DNA of 63,708 nucleotides, filler included, from Octopus bimaculoides (GCF_001194135.2; 10 parts of 7 records of this genome joined end to end with filler, not necessarily neighbours in it), one strand, 5' to 3'; shown: positions 1-15,669, counted from the first letter of the whole stretch. A program made the numbers and translations. The notes: a model not told the origin generated them from the sequence alone.

Positions 1-2300
<2,300 letters not shown>

Positions 2301-2305
2301 GAGTG

Positions 2306-2575
2306 GAACCGCTAAGTTACTGGGACGTAAACATGCCAATATCGATTTCCAAGCGATGTGGTGGTGAGGGGATAAACACAGACACAAAGACACATAAATA
2401 TATACATATATATACATATATACGACGGGCTTCTCTCAGTTTCCGTCTACCAAATCCACTTACAAGGCTTTGGTCGGCCCAAGGCAATAGTAAACGACAC
2501 TTACCCAAAGTGCCATGCAGTGGGACTGAACCGAGAACCATGTGGTTGGAAAGCAAGCTTCTTATCACACCGCCA
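2306..2575 (-). mobile_element. tRNA-headed SINE family B (CORE-like central domain, internal (TA)/(TG) microsatellite), partial
   Basis: Aligns by eye to the full copy at 40701-41110 (GGGACTGAACC B-box region, CCAAATCCAC, GAACCGCTAAG). Confidence 0.85.
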
Positions 2576-2957
2576 ATAATAATCCTTTGATGGAATTTAC
2601 AAATATTTTAATGCATCGCAACGCGGGTTAGCACAATTTGTTTAAAGTTCATAATCAGTATTACTGGCATGATTACAGTACACTCCGTAGTATCCATGGA
2701 CATCGGGTAGATCATGTTCATGCATTCATTTTTTCGGACGATATGGATTTAACGGATGTTTAACTGAGCGTTGTATATTGATTTAGACCAATGAAAAGGT
2801 TGATTGCAGTATGTGAGCATTTCAGTTTGCATTATGTGGAAAGAGGAGAAGGTGCTAGAAAAAAGTGGAAGGAATGGTAGTTAAATATATATATATATAC
2901 GTTTGTGTATATATATAATATATACATATATTTATATATACATATATAGATAAATGC

Positions 2958-2997
<40 letters not shown>

Positions 2998-3046
2998 NNN
3001 NNNNNNNNNNNNNNNNNNNNNNNNNNNNNNNNNNNNNNNNNNNNNN

Positions 3047-3090
<44 letters not shown>

Positions 3091-4548
3091 TGAAGTTTGA
3101 ATATTTGAATATTTATATAAGATGTATAAATACATACATGTATATAATTGTATATGTTGCTGCGCGCGCGCGTATATATATATATATATATATACATATA
3201 TATATAGCATAAAATATCAATCTTTTTTACTTCCTTTGTTGTATGGTTTAATCAGTCGGGGTCTATTTAGAAGGCTGGTGAATAAATATTCATCATCAAT
3301 TTGTATTATTATTTATTAGAGGTGGAAAACAAGCGTTAAAAATGAAATAAATCTGGCGTAAGGAATCTATGTAAAAAGAAAACATTTTTAACATTTGCTT
3401 ACATTATAAAAATTCTAGAAACTTTGAGAGATATGAAATATATCATTTTTAACGGTAGCTCTCGAAGTAGATAGAACTATAAATATTCATATATAAAAAA
3501 ATATTAGGTTAAAATAACCCCTGGATGGAAGGAGTCAAAAAACTTTATTTCACCTATCTCGAAGATTCTGAAATTCATATAATATAAACAACATACAATT
3601 CTTGCTTCTAGGGACAAAGTTCCTTAAAGTGGATAGAGAAATTTCGAAGTGTTGCTTTCATATAATGGTAACATCTGTCATGGTCACACTTCATGTGAGT
3701 TCGTAACCCGCAGGCATCCTTCGCTGTTTTTTACGACCAAATGTATTCTAGATATTTTTATTTATAACTCATTGTTCATAATTTACCTTCATTTTTGATC
3801 AACAATTCTCATTCATTCCCTTTAGTTTCAGCTTCCTCGACAGTCATACGATTTTTTTTCTCGCTCACTATTACATGCACACACACAATTCTACCATCCC
3901 CTCCCCATTGCGTTACAGATCATTTTAATATAATGTGTTAGTAACATAATTGAAGTTAATTAATTTCAACGGAATCATATAGCAGCAGCTAAATATGTTT
4001 AAAATACGCTCCGTTTAAAATATATACACAGAGAGAAGTGTATGCTCAATTGGGCAATGTTGGCAGAGATGTTCAGTCAATAATTCAATAAGGTTGAAAC
4101 ATCTGTTTTGATATGTGCACTTGGCTTCGACATGATAGTTTATATATGAAAATGGTGTCTGTTGCCAAGTCGGCGTGTTCAAATACACACCAACTAAATA
4201 ATAGCTGTTTTATTCCATTAGTGAGTAACTGAGAAGAGATAATTATTTCGTACTAATTAGTTATGTCACTAAATGAATCGTCTTCTACGTGCAACACTTA
4301 AATAACATTTTAGTGTGGAAGTGTTGGATTGGCATTTATAAGGTGTCTTCTTTCGTTAACCCCATCCACTTATGAATTCTGAAATATATGGACGATGTTT
4401 GGTTTTAGGGACATATATCTGTCGGATCGATAATGAAACCCAATCAATCCGGGAAAATACAAAAATAGACTTCGGTATCCCGAGTAGGCGAAAAGAAATT
4501 TGTAAATGTATTAAATTACACGTATTAAGTGCCATTATTAACGGTTTT

Positions 4549-5176
4549 GAAGGCAGTGAGCTGGTAGAATCGTTAGCACGCAGGGCGAGACGCTTAGCAG
4601 TAATTTGTCCGCCATTATGTTCTGAGTCCACCGAGGTCGACTTTGTCCTTCATCTTTTCGGGGTCGATAAATTAAGTACCAGTGAATCGACTAGTTCCCT
4701 CCCCAAAATATCAGGATTTGTACCTTTAGAAGAAAGGATTATTAGAGAATAGTAACCGCGCCGGACACAATGCTTAGTGGCATTTCTTCTGACTTTACGT
4801 TCTCAGTTTAAGTGTCTTCGGTGTCGACTTTATCTTTCGTCCTTTCAGAATCAATTAAATAAGTATTAGTTGAGCACTGGGATCGGTGTAATCGCCTTAT
4901 CCCCTCCCCCGAAATTGCTGGCCTTGTGCACAAATCTGAAACCATTATTACAAGTTTCTAAGGCGGCGAGCTGGCAGAATCGTTAGCACGCCGGGAAAAA
5001 TGTTTCGAAGTACTTCGTCCGTCTTTACGTTCTGAGTTCACATGCTGCCGATGTCTACTTTGCCTTTCATCCTTTCGGGGTCGATAAAATAAGAAACAGT
5101 TGACAACTAGTGTAATCGACTTAAGCCCTCGCTTAAAATAATTCAAGCTTTGTACCTATATTAGAAAGTATTATTA
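4549..5176 (+). mobile_element. Three tandem copies of tRNA-headed SINE family C (~200 bp each)
   Basis: Repeated GAGCTGGCAGAATCGTTAGCACGC ... GGTCGACTTTG-CTTTCATCCTTTCGGGGTCGAT ... GGCCTTGTG ... ATTATTA. Units are ~4549-4745, ~4746-4950 (head eroded) and ~4961-5176. Confidence 0.85.
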
Positions 5177-5836
5177 CAGATTTCTCTTTTTAATTACTGA
5201 ACAACCTAATTGTTTGAAGTTGGTACGCTAGCATCGTAAAAAATAAATTTCTCATGATGAACTATAACTTTTCAAATATGTAAAATTATGTGTTATGTGT
5301 ATGCGGGCGCGCGATGTGTGTGCGTGCGTGTGCGTGTGCGTGCATGAATGTGTATGTGTGAATGTGTGTGTTCGTTATTATGATGCTAGCGCAGTAACTT
5401 AAAATTAAAAGCGCAAGCTGTTCACCGATTTAAAATAGAAATCTATCATACTCACATTTCATAAGTGTTTTTTTTAAGCATTTACTATTCGCTTAGCTTA
5501 CTTGGAGTATCGAAATCTAGTTTTGTATTTCACTGGACTTTATTAATCCCGCAGAATATATGTAACTAAAACCAAAGATCATCAATATTTGGAACGAATT
5601 TATGCACTATACTGTTTGCAGCGAGAGCATTAGAAGAATAAGCAGCAGTAAACACCGAAAAGACAAACGAGATACCGATGATCATTGCTATGGGTGATAT
5701 CTCTTTGCCTTCATAAAAATACCAACAAAACGACAAACATATAAACTAACCCATCTCTGTCTTCTTCCACTTAATTTTTGTCAAATAACAAGATGGAGGG
5801 ATGTATGTATTATATATACATACATATATATCAATA

Positions 5837-5895
<59 letters not shown>

Positions 5896-7188
5896 GCATG
5901 TGTGTAAATTATATTATGCATCATAATAATGTCTCTTGTTAGGAATAATGGAATAATACTACTATGTTTGAATAAGGAGAAAGGTAGCAAGATTTTCGAG
6001 GGGGTTTTAGCAGTAAAAGTGAACTGACATTGCGTGAAATGCAAACCAAAGAAGTAAGTTCGTCTCATTAAGAGCTTACTCTCTGAAATTTATTGAAATC
6101 CAAACATACATTATTTTTCTTTGTTTTCACTATGTCGCAGAAGGGTAAATTTTAGTAAATTCAAAGTCATGATATCTATACATTTCCTAACCGACTTAGT
6201 GACGTAAGAAATGCCTACGAAGGTGTAAGAAGTGGGAATCGAACATTCGCCATTGAATTTGACGTTGCTTTTGCTTTATGGGTTTCGTCAGAATCTTTCA
6301 TATCTTATTGATTTAGTCAAACAGTAACGAAGTGTAACGGTAATTTTGAATGTAAAGTGGTTAATATACAGTGTCGTACTATAGAATGAACAAATGCAAA
6401 CAGAGAGAGAATTTATAGAATTGAAAGACAATACAAATAATACTGAAAATGTGAGAATCAAGCAGAATAATACAATTAGTCAGAGGCTACCATTTATACG
6501 TGGAAAAGTGTTTCATGCAAACAGAATAATTGTAAATAGGCGAGTAACTTCAATTTCTATGCAGAACGAACAATGTCATAAAAACAAACAAATCACAGAC
6601 ACGTTAGAGAAGAAAAATAAAACAAACAGTAACAAAATAAAAAGATACGTGTTACTAGAGAGAAGAGGAAAGGACATTCTCGATCTAATTGCGATTCCAT
6701 ATGTTTGTGAATCTTCATAAAGCAGACAAAAGACTCGAATCATTTTAATATTTTCTTTTACATTGTATTCCTTTTGTATTATAACGCCAGCATGTTTAAG
6801 GCATTTTTGATTATTTTATATCAACCAAACGTTATTTCAGATTGATTTCTCCAACTGCAAGTGTTACAAGATGTTCACTAGAGAGAGAGTTACAGCGAAA
6901 TTTTCTGCTTAAACAATATAGGCTGTTGTTCGAGTTGTAAAGTGATAATCAGGTTGCTACAGAGTTAACATTCCTTTGAACTCAAATATATTCGATACAA
7001 ATAAAAGACGGCAAACATGCAATTTATCACGAGATAAGATGCTGGAAAGCATTTTATGTCGAAGAAAAACATTCAAATAAGGAATTAATGAGTTCTTATA
7101 ATGTTTTACTGGAACTTGATAGAGCTACAGAGAAATTAATGAATAATTAAAAGGACAATTAAAATATTTAAAACGACAATTAAAATAG

Positions 7189-7252
<64 letters not shown>

Positions 7253-7333
7253 ATACATACATAAATGCGCACATTACTCACTTATTAGGTAATTCAGTGG
7301 ATATATTATTATTATTATTATTATTATTATATT

Positions 7334-7862
7334 GAGTGAGAGAGCAGTGAATGCCATCAAAGTGATACTGGGGTAAAATATACGAAGCCCTGTATACCCA
7401 TAATGACTACCCATCTGATAATGGTACACCAGGCACATGCATCATATCTGCTCGACATGGTGATCTTATAGCAAGATAAACAGCGCATGATCTTAGAGGT
7501 ATGGTCCACTTAGTATTTTCTTCAGGTCGAGTAACCTATCCCGTTCAAAAGGTTCTTGAATAAGGGTTATTTAAGGATATTGAATAAAACACTCCTGTTT
7601 CCAGAGGTGAATTATTCAAACCCAAATAATTCCTCTTAATACATGGCTATGATGCTCTTCCACTACTTCTGCTCGTGATCAGAGATGCACATATCATCAG
7701 CTACTAAGGAACATGCTCAACTGGTTAAGGTCAAGCAACTGACAAGCAAATCTGTGATATTGAGCAGAATATTTGCTGTAGCCCATCTTTCACATCAAGA
7801 CAAAACATGTACATTATAAGAATTCCAATCAATTGAGATCAGAAACCCTGGGAGCCACTGGC

Positions 7863-7866
<4 letters not shown>
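7334..7866. mobile_element. ~530-bp non-coding dispersed repeat (family F) bracketed on both sides by (TTA)n
   Basis: Alignable end-to-end with 47425-47934; an internal fragment lies in opposite orientation at ~23305-23490. No ORF, tRNA boxes or TIRs seen. Confidence 0.85.
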
Positions 7867-7925
<59 letters not shown>

Positions 7926-7967
7926 ATTTATAGTAATAATAATAATAATAATAAAAATAATAATAAA

Positions 7968-9374
7968 TATCGTTAACTGGTCAATTACTGAAATATGTAA
8001 TGTTGACAGAAAAATACGAAAACTGTTGACAATGCATAGAATGCACCACCATAAGGCAGATATAGAACGTCTTTATCTGCCAAGAAAAGAGGGAGGCCGT
8101 GGACTTCTACAGCTGGCATTAACAATGAAAGTAGCCACAATTGGCCTAGACACCTATCTGAAAAACTCTGAGGACTGGATGCTAAAACTTGTCTCAAAAC
8201 ATGAAACCAAGAAAGCATCTTACTCAGTAACAAAACAGGCAAAGGAATATCTAAGTGAATTCCAATTGCAACAAATTCAAGAATTAGACGAACTAGAAAC
8301 NNNNNNNNNNNNNNNNNNNNNNNNNNNNNNNNNNNNNNNNNNNNNNNNNNNNNNNNNNNNNNNNNNNNNNNNNNNNNNNNNNNNNNNNNNNNNNNNNNNN
8401 NNNNNNNNNNNNNNNNNNNNNNNNNNNNNNNNNNNNNNNNNNNNNNNNNNNNNNNNNNNNNNNNNNNNNNNNNNNNNNNNNNNNNNNNNNNNNNNNNNNN
8501 NNNNNNNNNNNNNNNNNNNNNNNNNNNNNNNNNNNNNNNNNNNNNNNNNNNNNNNNNNNNNNNNNNNNNNNNNNNNNNNNNNNNNNNNNNNNNNNNNNNN
8601 NNNNNNNNNNNNNNNNNNNNNNNNNNNNNNNNNNNNNNNNNNNNNNNNNNNNNNNNNNNNNNNNNNNNNNNNNNNNNNNNNNNNNNNNNNNNNNNNNNNN
8701 NNNNNNNNNNNNNNNNNNNNNNNNNNNNNNNNNNNNNNNNNNNNNNNNNNNNNNNNNNNNNNNNNNNNNNNNNNNNNNNNNNNNNNNNNNNNNNNNNNNN
8801 NNNNNNNNNNNNNNNNNNNNNNNNNNNNNNNNNNNNNNNNNNNNNNNNNNNNNNNNNNNNNNNNNNNNNNNNNNNNNNNNNNNNNNNNNNNNNNNNNNNN
8901 NNNNNNNNNNNNNNNNNNNNNNNNNNNNNNNNNNNNNNNNNNNNNNNNNNNNNNNNNNNNNNNNNNNNNNNNNNNNNNNNNNNNNNNNNNNNNNNNNNNN
9001 NNNNNNNNNNNNNNNNNNNNNNNNNNNNNNNNNNNNNNNNNNNNNNNNNNNNNNNNNNNNNNNNNNNNNNNNNNNNNNNNNNNNNNNNNNNNNNNNNNNN
9101 NNNNNNNNNNNNNNNNNNNNNNNNNNNNNNNNNNNNNNNNNNNNNNNNNNNNNNNNNNNNNNNNNNNNNNNNNNNNNNNNNNNNNNNNNNNNNNNNNNNN
9201 NNNNNNNNNNNNNNNNNNNNNNNNNNNNNNCTCTAGAACAACAGTATGTACAAATCCAAATATATGGTACCCTAGGCGTAACACCTACATGAACTTCTAA
9301 CTTGTTGTCTCTTGAGGTCTCTGGGTGAGACTTGCATCCAACTTGTACAAATGCAAAACAAAAGTCAAACATAA

Positions 9375-9375
<1 letters not shown>
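7968..9375 (+). mobile_element. 5'-truncated R4/Dong-like LINE within (TAA)n (middle hidden in gap 8301-9230)
   Basis: WSITEICNVDRKIRKLLTMHRMHHHKADIERLYLPRKEGGRGL (post-RT motif of this clade). The 3' UTR at 9231-9375 matches the reverse complement of ~50092-50220. (AAT)n lies on both flanks; contiguity across the gap is assumed. Confidence 0.85.
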
Positions 9376-9453
<78 letters not shown>

Positions 9454-9928
9454 TACAAGTTTATGTTATAAGATCGTAATAACCAAATTAAGTATTTGTT
9501 CCATACAAGAAAGTCCAGGATCACCAGGAATGGCTGGAAGGAATAGTATAGCCTAACAATTTGTAAGTGGGTTCTCAAACTTCGGTATGAAATCAAGAAG
9601 GTAATTTGTATTATGTAACTACGAGCATATCCGTCTCGTCAAATTGCCGATAGTTTTATGTATGATAGAAAGCGGCACATCAACAAAATGAGAAAAACCA
9701 TTAATAAATGTCAGCAGTCTAGTAAATATATGTACATAGACAGAGTTGAAGCACTTGAAGAGTCAGATACAATTGGAATCTCTCGGTTGAAAATATTGCC
9801 CACATAACGTATGTGTGTACACATACACACGTACATATGGATACATCTCTCTCTATATATATATAAGCATGCATGCATACATACATACATACATACATAC
9901 ATACATACATACATACATACATACATAC

Positions 9929-11232
9929 GTAGGAGGTAGAGGCTTAACTTCGATCCAAAATGCCTTTGAATGTCGTATCACATCTTTTCGGCAACAACTT
10001 TTAACCACCAAGTGTCGAAGTGCATCCCCTGACCAAGTTCCATACATTAGGCTGATAACATCATATGATTTGGAAGGCAGTTCCCTGGGCAGCATTGTTT
10101 GTCTGTCTGATAACATTAAATAAATGCCCAAAGAAGTTGCACGACTCTACCGCAATGTCTCATCAGATGAAAGGATGAGTGTATATGAGCAGAAGACCAT
10201 GTGTGGATATATTAATAGAAAGCTCAGAGATGATAGAAACATTGATCACCAAAGCAGTCTATCATGGACCAACAACCGGATCACTACCACCCACTTTGAA
10301 GGGTATTTGTTTGCAATCCAAGAACAGGAAATATCAACCAAATACCTGATGTTCAAAAGGGACAGAGATGCAGGAAAAGCAGAAAAAATGTGGCAACCGA
10401 TGCAGAGTGTGAAGTTAACACTGAAGATATCACCCTCATCAAAAGTAGTTGTCCAAAAATATCATCACGGTATTATCTACCTTTGAGATATGATACTATA
10501 GCTAGGACACTGTATAACGAGATCCGTCGAAAGGATAACACCGAGGACAGAGAAATAAGAACTCACAGTATGGTGGAAGTCATAGCATCTCATGATAAAA
10601 AGGAATACTGGTGGAATATTCCACTGCAAATCACAATAAAATGTAAATACGATAGACCTGATATAGTTTATTTGGGATAGAGAAGAGAAATTAGCTGCCC
10701 AGTAGATGTTAACACAAAGCAGAAGATCAGTGAAAAAGAGAATACCTACGCTGAACTACTGAGAAATCTGCAGTTACTCTATCCAGATTACAAGTGCAGG
10801 TTTATACCTGTAATCATTGGGGCGCTGAGATATGTAACGCACTGCCTAAATACCAGTCTTGAGAACTTAGGCTTCACAAAACCTGAAAGGAGAAGGCTGA
10901 TTCGAAGACTAGAGATCCATCACTGGAACTGTAAAAATCTGTGAAACTTTCCATAAGTTATTCATTTAAATATATATGAGCATGTCTAGATATGTAACTC
11001 TATGCATGAGAATACATACATAAAACTTACAAATCTTCACATACATGCATACAAACATACATACATACATACATACATACATACAAACAAACAAACAAAC
11101 AAACAAACAAAATTACTCTGCTGTTGATGTTGAAATTCCAATGAAGGAGCTTTGGATCTAGGTTAGAAACCGGCTCTTTCTCTATTGGCAAGAAATCTTG
11201 AAATAAAACTCAATAATGACATACGTACATAC
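9929..11232 (+). mobile_element. 5'-truncated R4/Dong-like LINE of a second family, within/tailed by (TACA)n
   Basis: GGRGLTSIQNAFECR, HFEGYLFAIQEQEISTKYL, degenerate CCHC (EDITLIKSSCPKISSRYYLPLRYD), WWNIP...KYDRPDIV, RFIPVIIGAL. It starts right after (TACA)n at 9876-9928; (CATA)n/(CAAA)n follows at ~11045-11110. The true 3' end is either ~11110 or ~11232. Confidence 0.85.
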
Positions 11233-11518
11233 GTGTGGAGGTTTCCTTTCAGTTTGCTTCTTTCAAATCTACTGACAAGGCTTTAGTTGGCCCTACGATA
11301 CAGTGGACGACTATGTAGATATATATACATATATGTTGAAGACTCCCGTCGAAGACGACGTATGAACGTTTAGCTTTTGCCGAACAACCTGCACAAATGA
11401 TTTCTTTATAGTGATCAAATGTTCATGCTGCACATTAGCTCACTCCCTCCATCAAAACGACGTTGTCTCAACAGATGCACTATGTACCACGCATCAGGTG
11501 TCGAAGTGATCGCAGTGA

Positions 11519-11569
<51 letters not shown>

Positions 11570-11799
11570 ATTTATAAACATGNNNNNNNNNNGTGTGTGT
11601 GTGTGTGTGTGTGAATGTGTGTGTGTGTGTGTGTGGGGGGGGTGTTTGAAACTGATAAAGTAGATACAATTTACGATAAGAATCTGCAGTTTTGTTTTGA
11701 TTAAAATATCTGCATTTTGTAAGCAAATCCTTTGAATGCTGTTAGCCTGCGTCTCGGCGTGTCTGCTTGTCACCCACTCCTACTCCGTTTGTTGTTTAA

Positions 11800-12125
11800 C
11801 TCTTCTTTTCCTAGCATGACCGAAGAAATCTCTTCCGAAAACTACCTCAAAACCTCCACAGTATTTCTTCTTGACTGTCCGGCCATAGGAACCTAATAAA
11901 TGTAGATGGTGCTTTTTCTGTGGAAAAGAGGTTCGTCATGAGCTTCCCAATGAACTTCTTTGCCTGGCCTCTGGTGCCAATGAAAAATAGATGCTCGAGC
12001 CATACAAGGTAATCCATAAGCTCTCTGAAACATTAAAATTCTGTTTCGTTTTTGCCCAGTTTATCACAAAACTTTGTTGAATAGTGAGCTTCCAAATTGT
12101 CTTCGCTTCGCGATTGCATTATGCA
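11800..12125 (-). mobile_element. Internally deleted mariner-like transposase remnant
   Basis: Minus strand gives KFCDKLGKNETE / MFQRAYGLPCMARASIFHWHQR (mariner N-terminal HTH), joined directly to FIGKLMTNLF / TIYIY*VPMAGQ / VEVLR from the catalytic region. Confidence 0.7.
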
Positions 12126-14103
12126 AGCTATCCTGCTGTGACAAGCCGGGTTTAGTAGGGCATGTTCCAAGTACAGTTACAGCAGTTTCTTTCAGTCTAA
12201 TGCAACAAAAGACGGCAGTTCATCTTATTGAATTTATTAAAATGATATACTAAAATTACAATAATTTAGGACAATTATAACTGCCTCTCCTAAAAAGGTT
12301 TGGAAACAACTGGAATAAACATCGGATATTTATAATGACAAACTATCAATGCACGTTTCCATTTAAAGGGAGCGGCCAGGAACGAAATCGAACATGGTAT
12401 TAATACGTTGCTATTGCAGTTCATTTCCCTGATGTGTAACTGTGCAGTGTTCACTATTAATTAAAAAAAATACTAGAAGACGTTTGCAGATGATAGAGTG
12501 AGATGGAGGAGTGAAATTCGCTGCTACCTGGAGATGGGAGAAGAGAAGGGATGTTGCATTCTGTCGCAGAAAAGTGGACAGGCTGAAAGAAGCTCAGTAA
12601 TACCAACTGGTCAATGACCTCACACAAATGTGATCTCTAACATTGATCATTTTAGGCTATAAGGGACACTGCTTCTAAGTGATAAACACAACATCATGTA
12701 TGTTTCTCATGTTCAGTCTTGAGCGATTGAGGCTTACAAGCTGTGTAGTTTACTTAATATCCGTCATTTGATGCTGTTGTTACAAATCAGCCTTAGATCA
12801 ATTTTGATTAAGCAACCTTTGACTGCCCTTAACTATTTAATTTTCATTTTTTTTTGGGGGGGGGGGGAGTATCAAGGAAGGACAATATTATCTAACACGT
12901 CTTTCCTTGTTTATGGCAGTTGGATTATATCTGAGTGAGGTTTTTCACTGCTATTTTTAGCAAGTTGAACGAATATGAAGAAGCTCTCTTGTTGAAAATT
13001 AATTAATTTACGTATTTGTGATGTGTAGTTATTGTACGGAAACTATTAATTCCGATTTCACCTTAATGTTAGCTATTGTTTAGAAGGTAATTTGCTGAAT
13101 AAAGTGAACGTGCCTAGGTTTGGAGCCAGTCAGTATGTATTCTTTGTCACAGATCAATGAATTGGCATAAAGAGATAAACAGTGATGAGTCTATTGTGTG
13201 CGTACCTGTCTGACTGTCTATCTGTTTGACAACCTGTCTGTCTTCCTGTTAGGATGTATGTATGCTTGTGTGCATGTGAGTGTATGCATGTATGTATGTA
13301 TGTATGCATGTATATTATCTATATATGCATGCAGTTATATATGCATACCTGAATGTTTGTGTGAATCCATAAATGTATACTTGTATATATAAGTATGCAT
13401 ATATGCATGCATATACGTATGCATGTATGTATGTGTGCATGCGTTTAAGCCTGTAGTATGTCCTACTCCACCCCATTATCTCTCCCCTTCTCTCTGTTTA
13501 TTTCCCCACTCTTCCCCCTCTTCCCCCTTCCCCCCTCTCCCACTTTCTCTTTCTTTTATTTCCACAATTTGACATTATTCTGCAAACCGAATTCTTCCGA
13601 TATTTTTCTGGAGTCGATTTCTCAACAACATACACGAAGAGGAGATGTGTGTGCATGTGTTTAGGGAAGGGAGAGGGGCGTGTGGGATGGCAGGAGGAAT
13701 AAAGACAGAAATGGGAATGGGAGGCCAAAAAAAACAGAAAGTGGAAGACATTGAGACAGACTGACAAAGACAGGCAAATCAAAAGACAGGTACATCAAAG
13801 ACAGAGAAACTGAAAGATAAAATGGCTGATGCATGGGGACAGATAAAATGAAAACAGAAACGGAAATAACAATAAAAAGATCAGCAAAAACAGCAACAAC
13901 AACATCAGCAATAACATTGTATGTATGCAATACCATTGCGGACTGTATCTATAATAGCGTAAACAATAACAGTTATATTATGTTTATTGAAGAAGGTAGT
14001 CTAGTAGTTTCTTTATGTGTTAGAATAAATTATATAACTCAGACTACTACACTATATCTCATACGATAAATAAGACTGCAGTTTGGCTATTTCTGCTATT
14101 ATT

Positions 14104-14149
<46 letters not shown>

Positions 14150-15669
14150 CGTGCGTGCGTGTGTGTGTGTGTGCGCGCGTTTGTGTGTGCGTGTGTGCGC
14201 ATGTGCTTGTACTTGATAGATAGAGGTGAAGAAAAAGAGGTGTGTGTTTTTGTTGCGAGCATGATTTTGATTTGGTATGTTGAGTGAAAGAAAGATAGAC
14301 ATGGGAATTGAAAAATGCAGAGAGAAATAGAATGATGAGAATATGAAGAGAAAGAAAAAGAAGGTGGAAGAGAAAAAAAAAGGAAAAGGAAACCTGAGTG
14401 TAAGATGGTTTACAATGTAACCTATATGAAATGTGTGGTAGGGAGGGAGAAATAAATACAGGGTGTGTGATAACGATATACAGCTAGCAAGGGAGAAACG
14501 GGTGAATAGACTGTGAAAGAGAGAGAGAGAGGGAGAGAGAGAGAGAGGGAGGGAGAGAGAGAAAGGAGATAGATAGATAGAGAAAGACAGTGAGAGAGAG
14601 GGTGTCAGAGAGACATAGGGAGAGGGTGCAGATTGGAAACAATAAATTCTACCATATAAATTGAATACTTTTTCTCCCTTTTTTATAACCAAATGTGTGT
14701 GCTCCTGTTTGTTTGTGTCCATGTGTGTCGGCCTATGTGTTTATGATGTGTGTGTGCACGTGTGTGTATACGTATGTGTGTGTGTTCGTGCTTATCGTTG
14801 CCGGCGGTTTCCCATGCCCAAGGATTTCCTTCTTATTGAGTATCTCCACCATGTTGATGTCGTTGATAATTTCAGAAGGCCATCAACCACGTGAAATAGG
14901 CAGGAACAAAAATAGTAAGGAAGAGATAGTAAAAGGCCTGGTTATTGTCTTCGTTGTTGCTGTTGTGGATGCTGCTGCTGCTGCTGTTGTTGTATCTTGA
15001 GTTCATTACGTTGGTTTTCCACTTCACTTTTACGTTTTGATTTCACAAAGGCTAGATGATGGCCTGATGTCAATTGGAGCACCTCTCCTCTAGACATTAG
15101 TTTCTCATGTGTTTATGTTTCACTTCTTGCCATTTGAATGGTTGACTTTAGCTGGTCTTGCAATATTAGATAGGATGTATTCTTGCTCTCTTTCCGATGA
15201 CAAATTTATTACAGAGATTTAGACGAGGAAATCTTTCTTCTTTCATTCTAACCACATGTTCTCGCCACCATAGCCAATGTTTCATCATAGTCGATTCTAC
15301 ACTGCGTCTGTTGGTTTTTTCTGAGGCAGTATTACTGGTTTAGTGTGTCTCTATACATGTCTGTCCGTATATATAAAGCTTGGAAAACACAAGAATGTTA
15401 AGAATGGTTCTGAATGTTACACAGAGAGCTCATTTAACCAACGAGCAGATTTATCACGTTCAGTAGAGGAGAATGAGAATTGCTGGTCATTGCGTCAAGT
15501 ACCCAAAAGAAGCTAACGAATCTTAAGACAGTCAGCTGGAGGAAGAATTAATAGGAAATGAAAACGTCCAACGTGTGCGAACAACTTGTTCCAGGACAGT
15601 GGAATGGCAAACGTTGGCGAATTAGGGACATGCAAGCTTCTTACCACAGCTACGCCTGCACCTATTATA

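Noticed and set aside
4372-4752. 126-aa ORF
   Set aside because: The second half is SINE family C sequence, and no domain is recognisable.
6014-6053. Candidate micro-exon (CAG|...KSELTLREMQTKE|GTAAGT)
   Set aside because: Weak polypyrimidine tract, no homology and no partner exons; expected by chance in 60 kb. RNA-seq would be needed.
6394-6720. 108-aa ATG-initiated ORF
   Set aside because: Low-complexity N/K-rich product from A-rich DNA, with no recognisable domain or splice context.
13458-14900. Cluster of overlapping 65-206 aa ORFs
   Set aside because: Derived from (GA)n, (CT)n and (GT)n low-complexity DNA.
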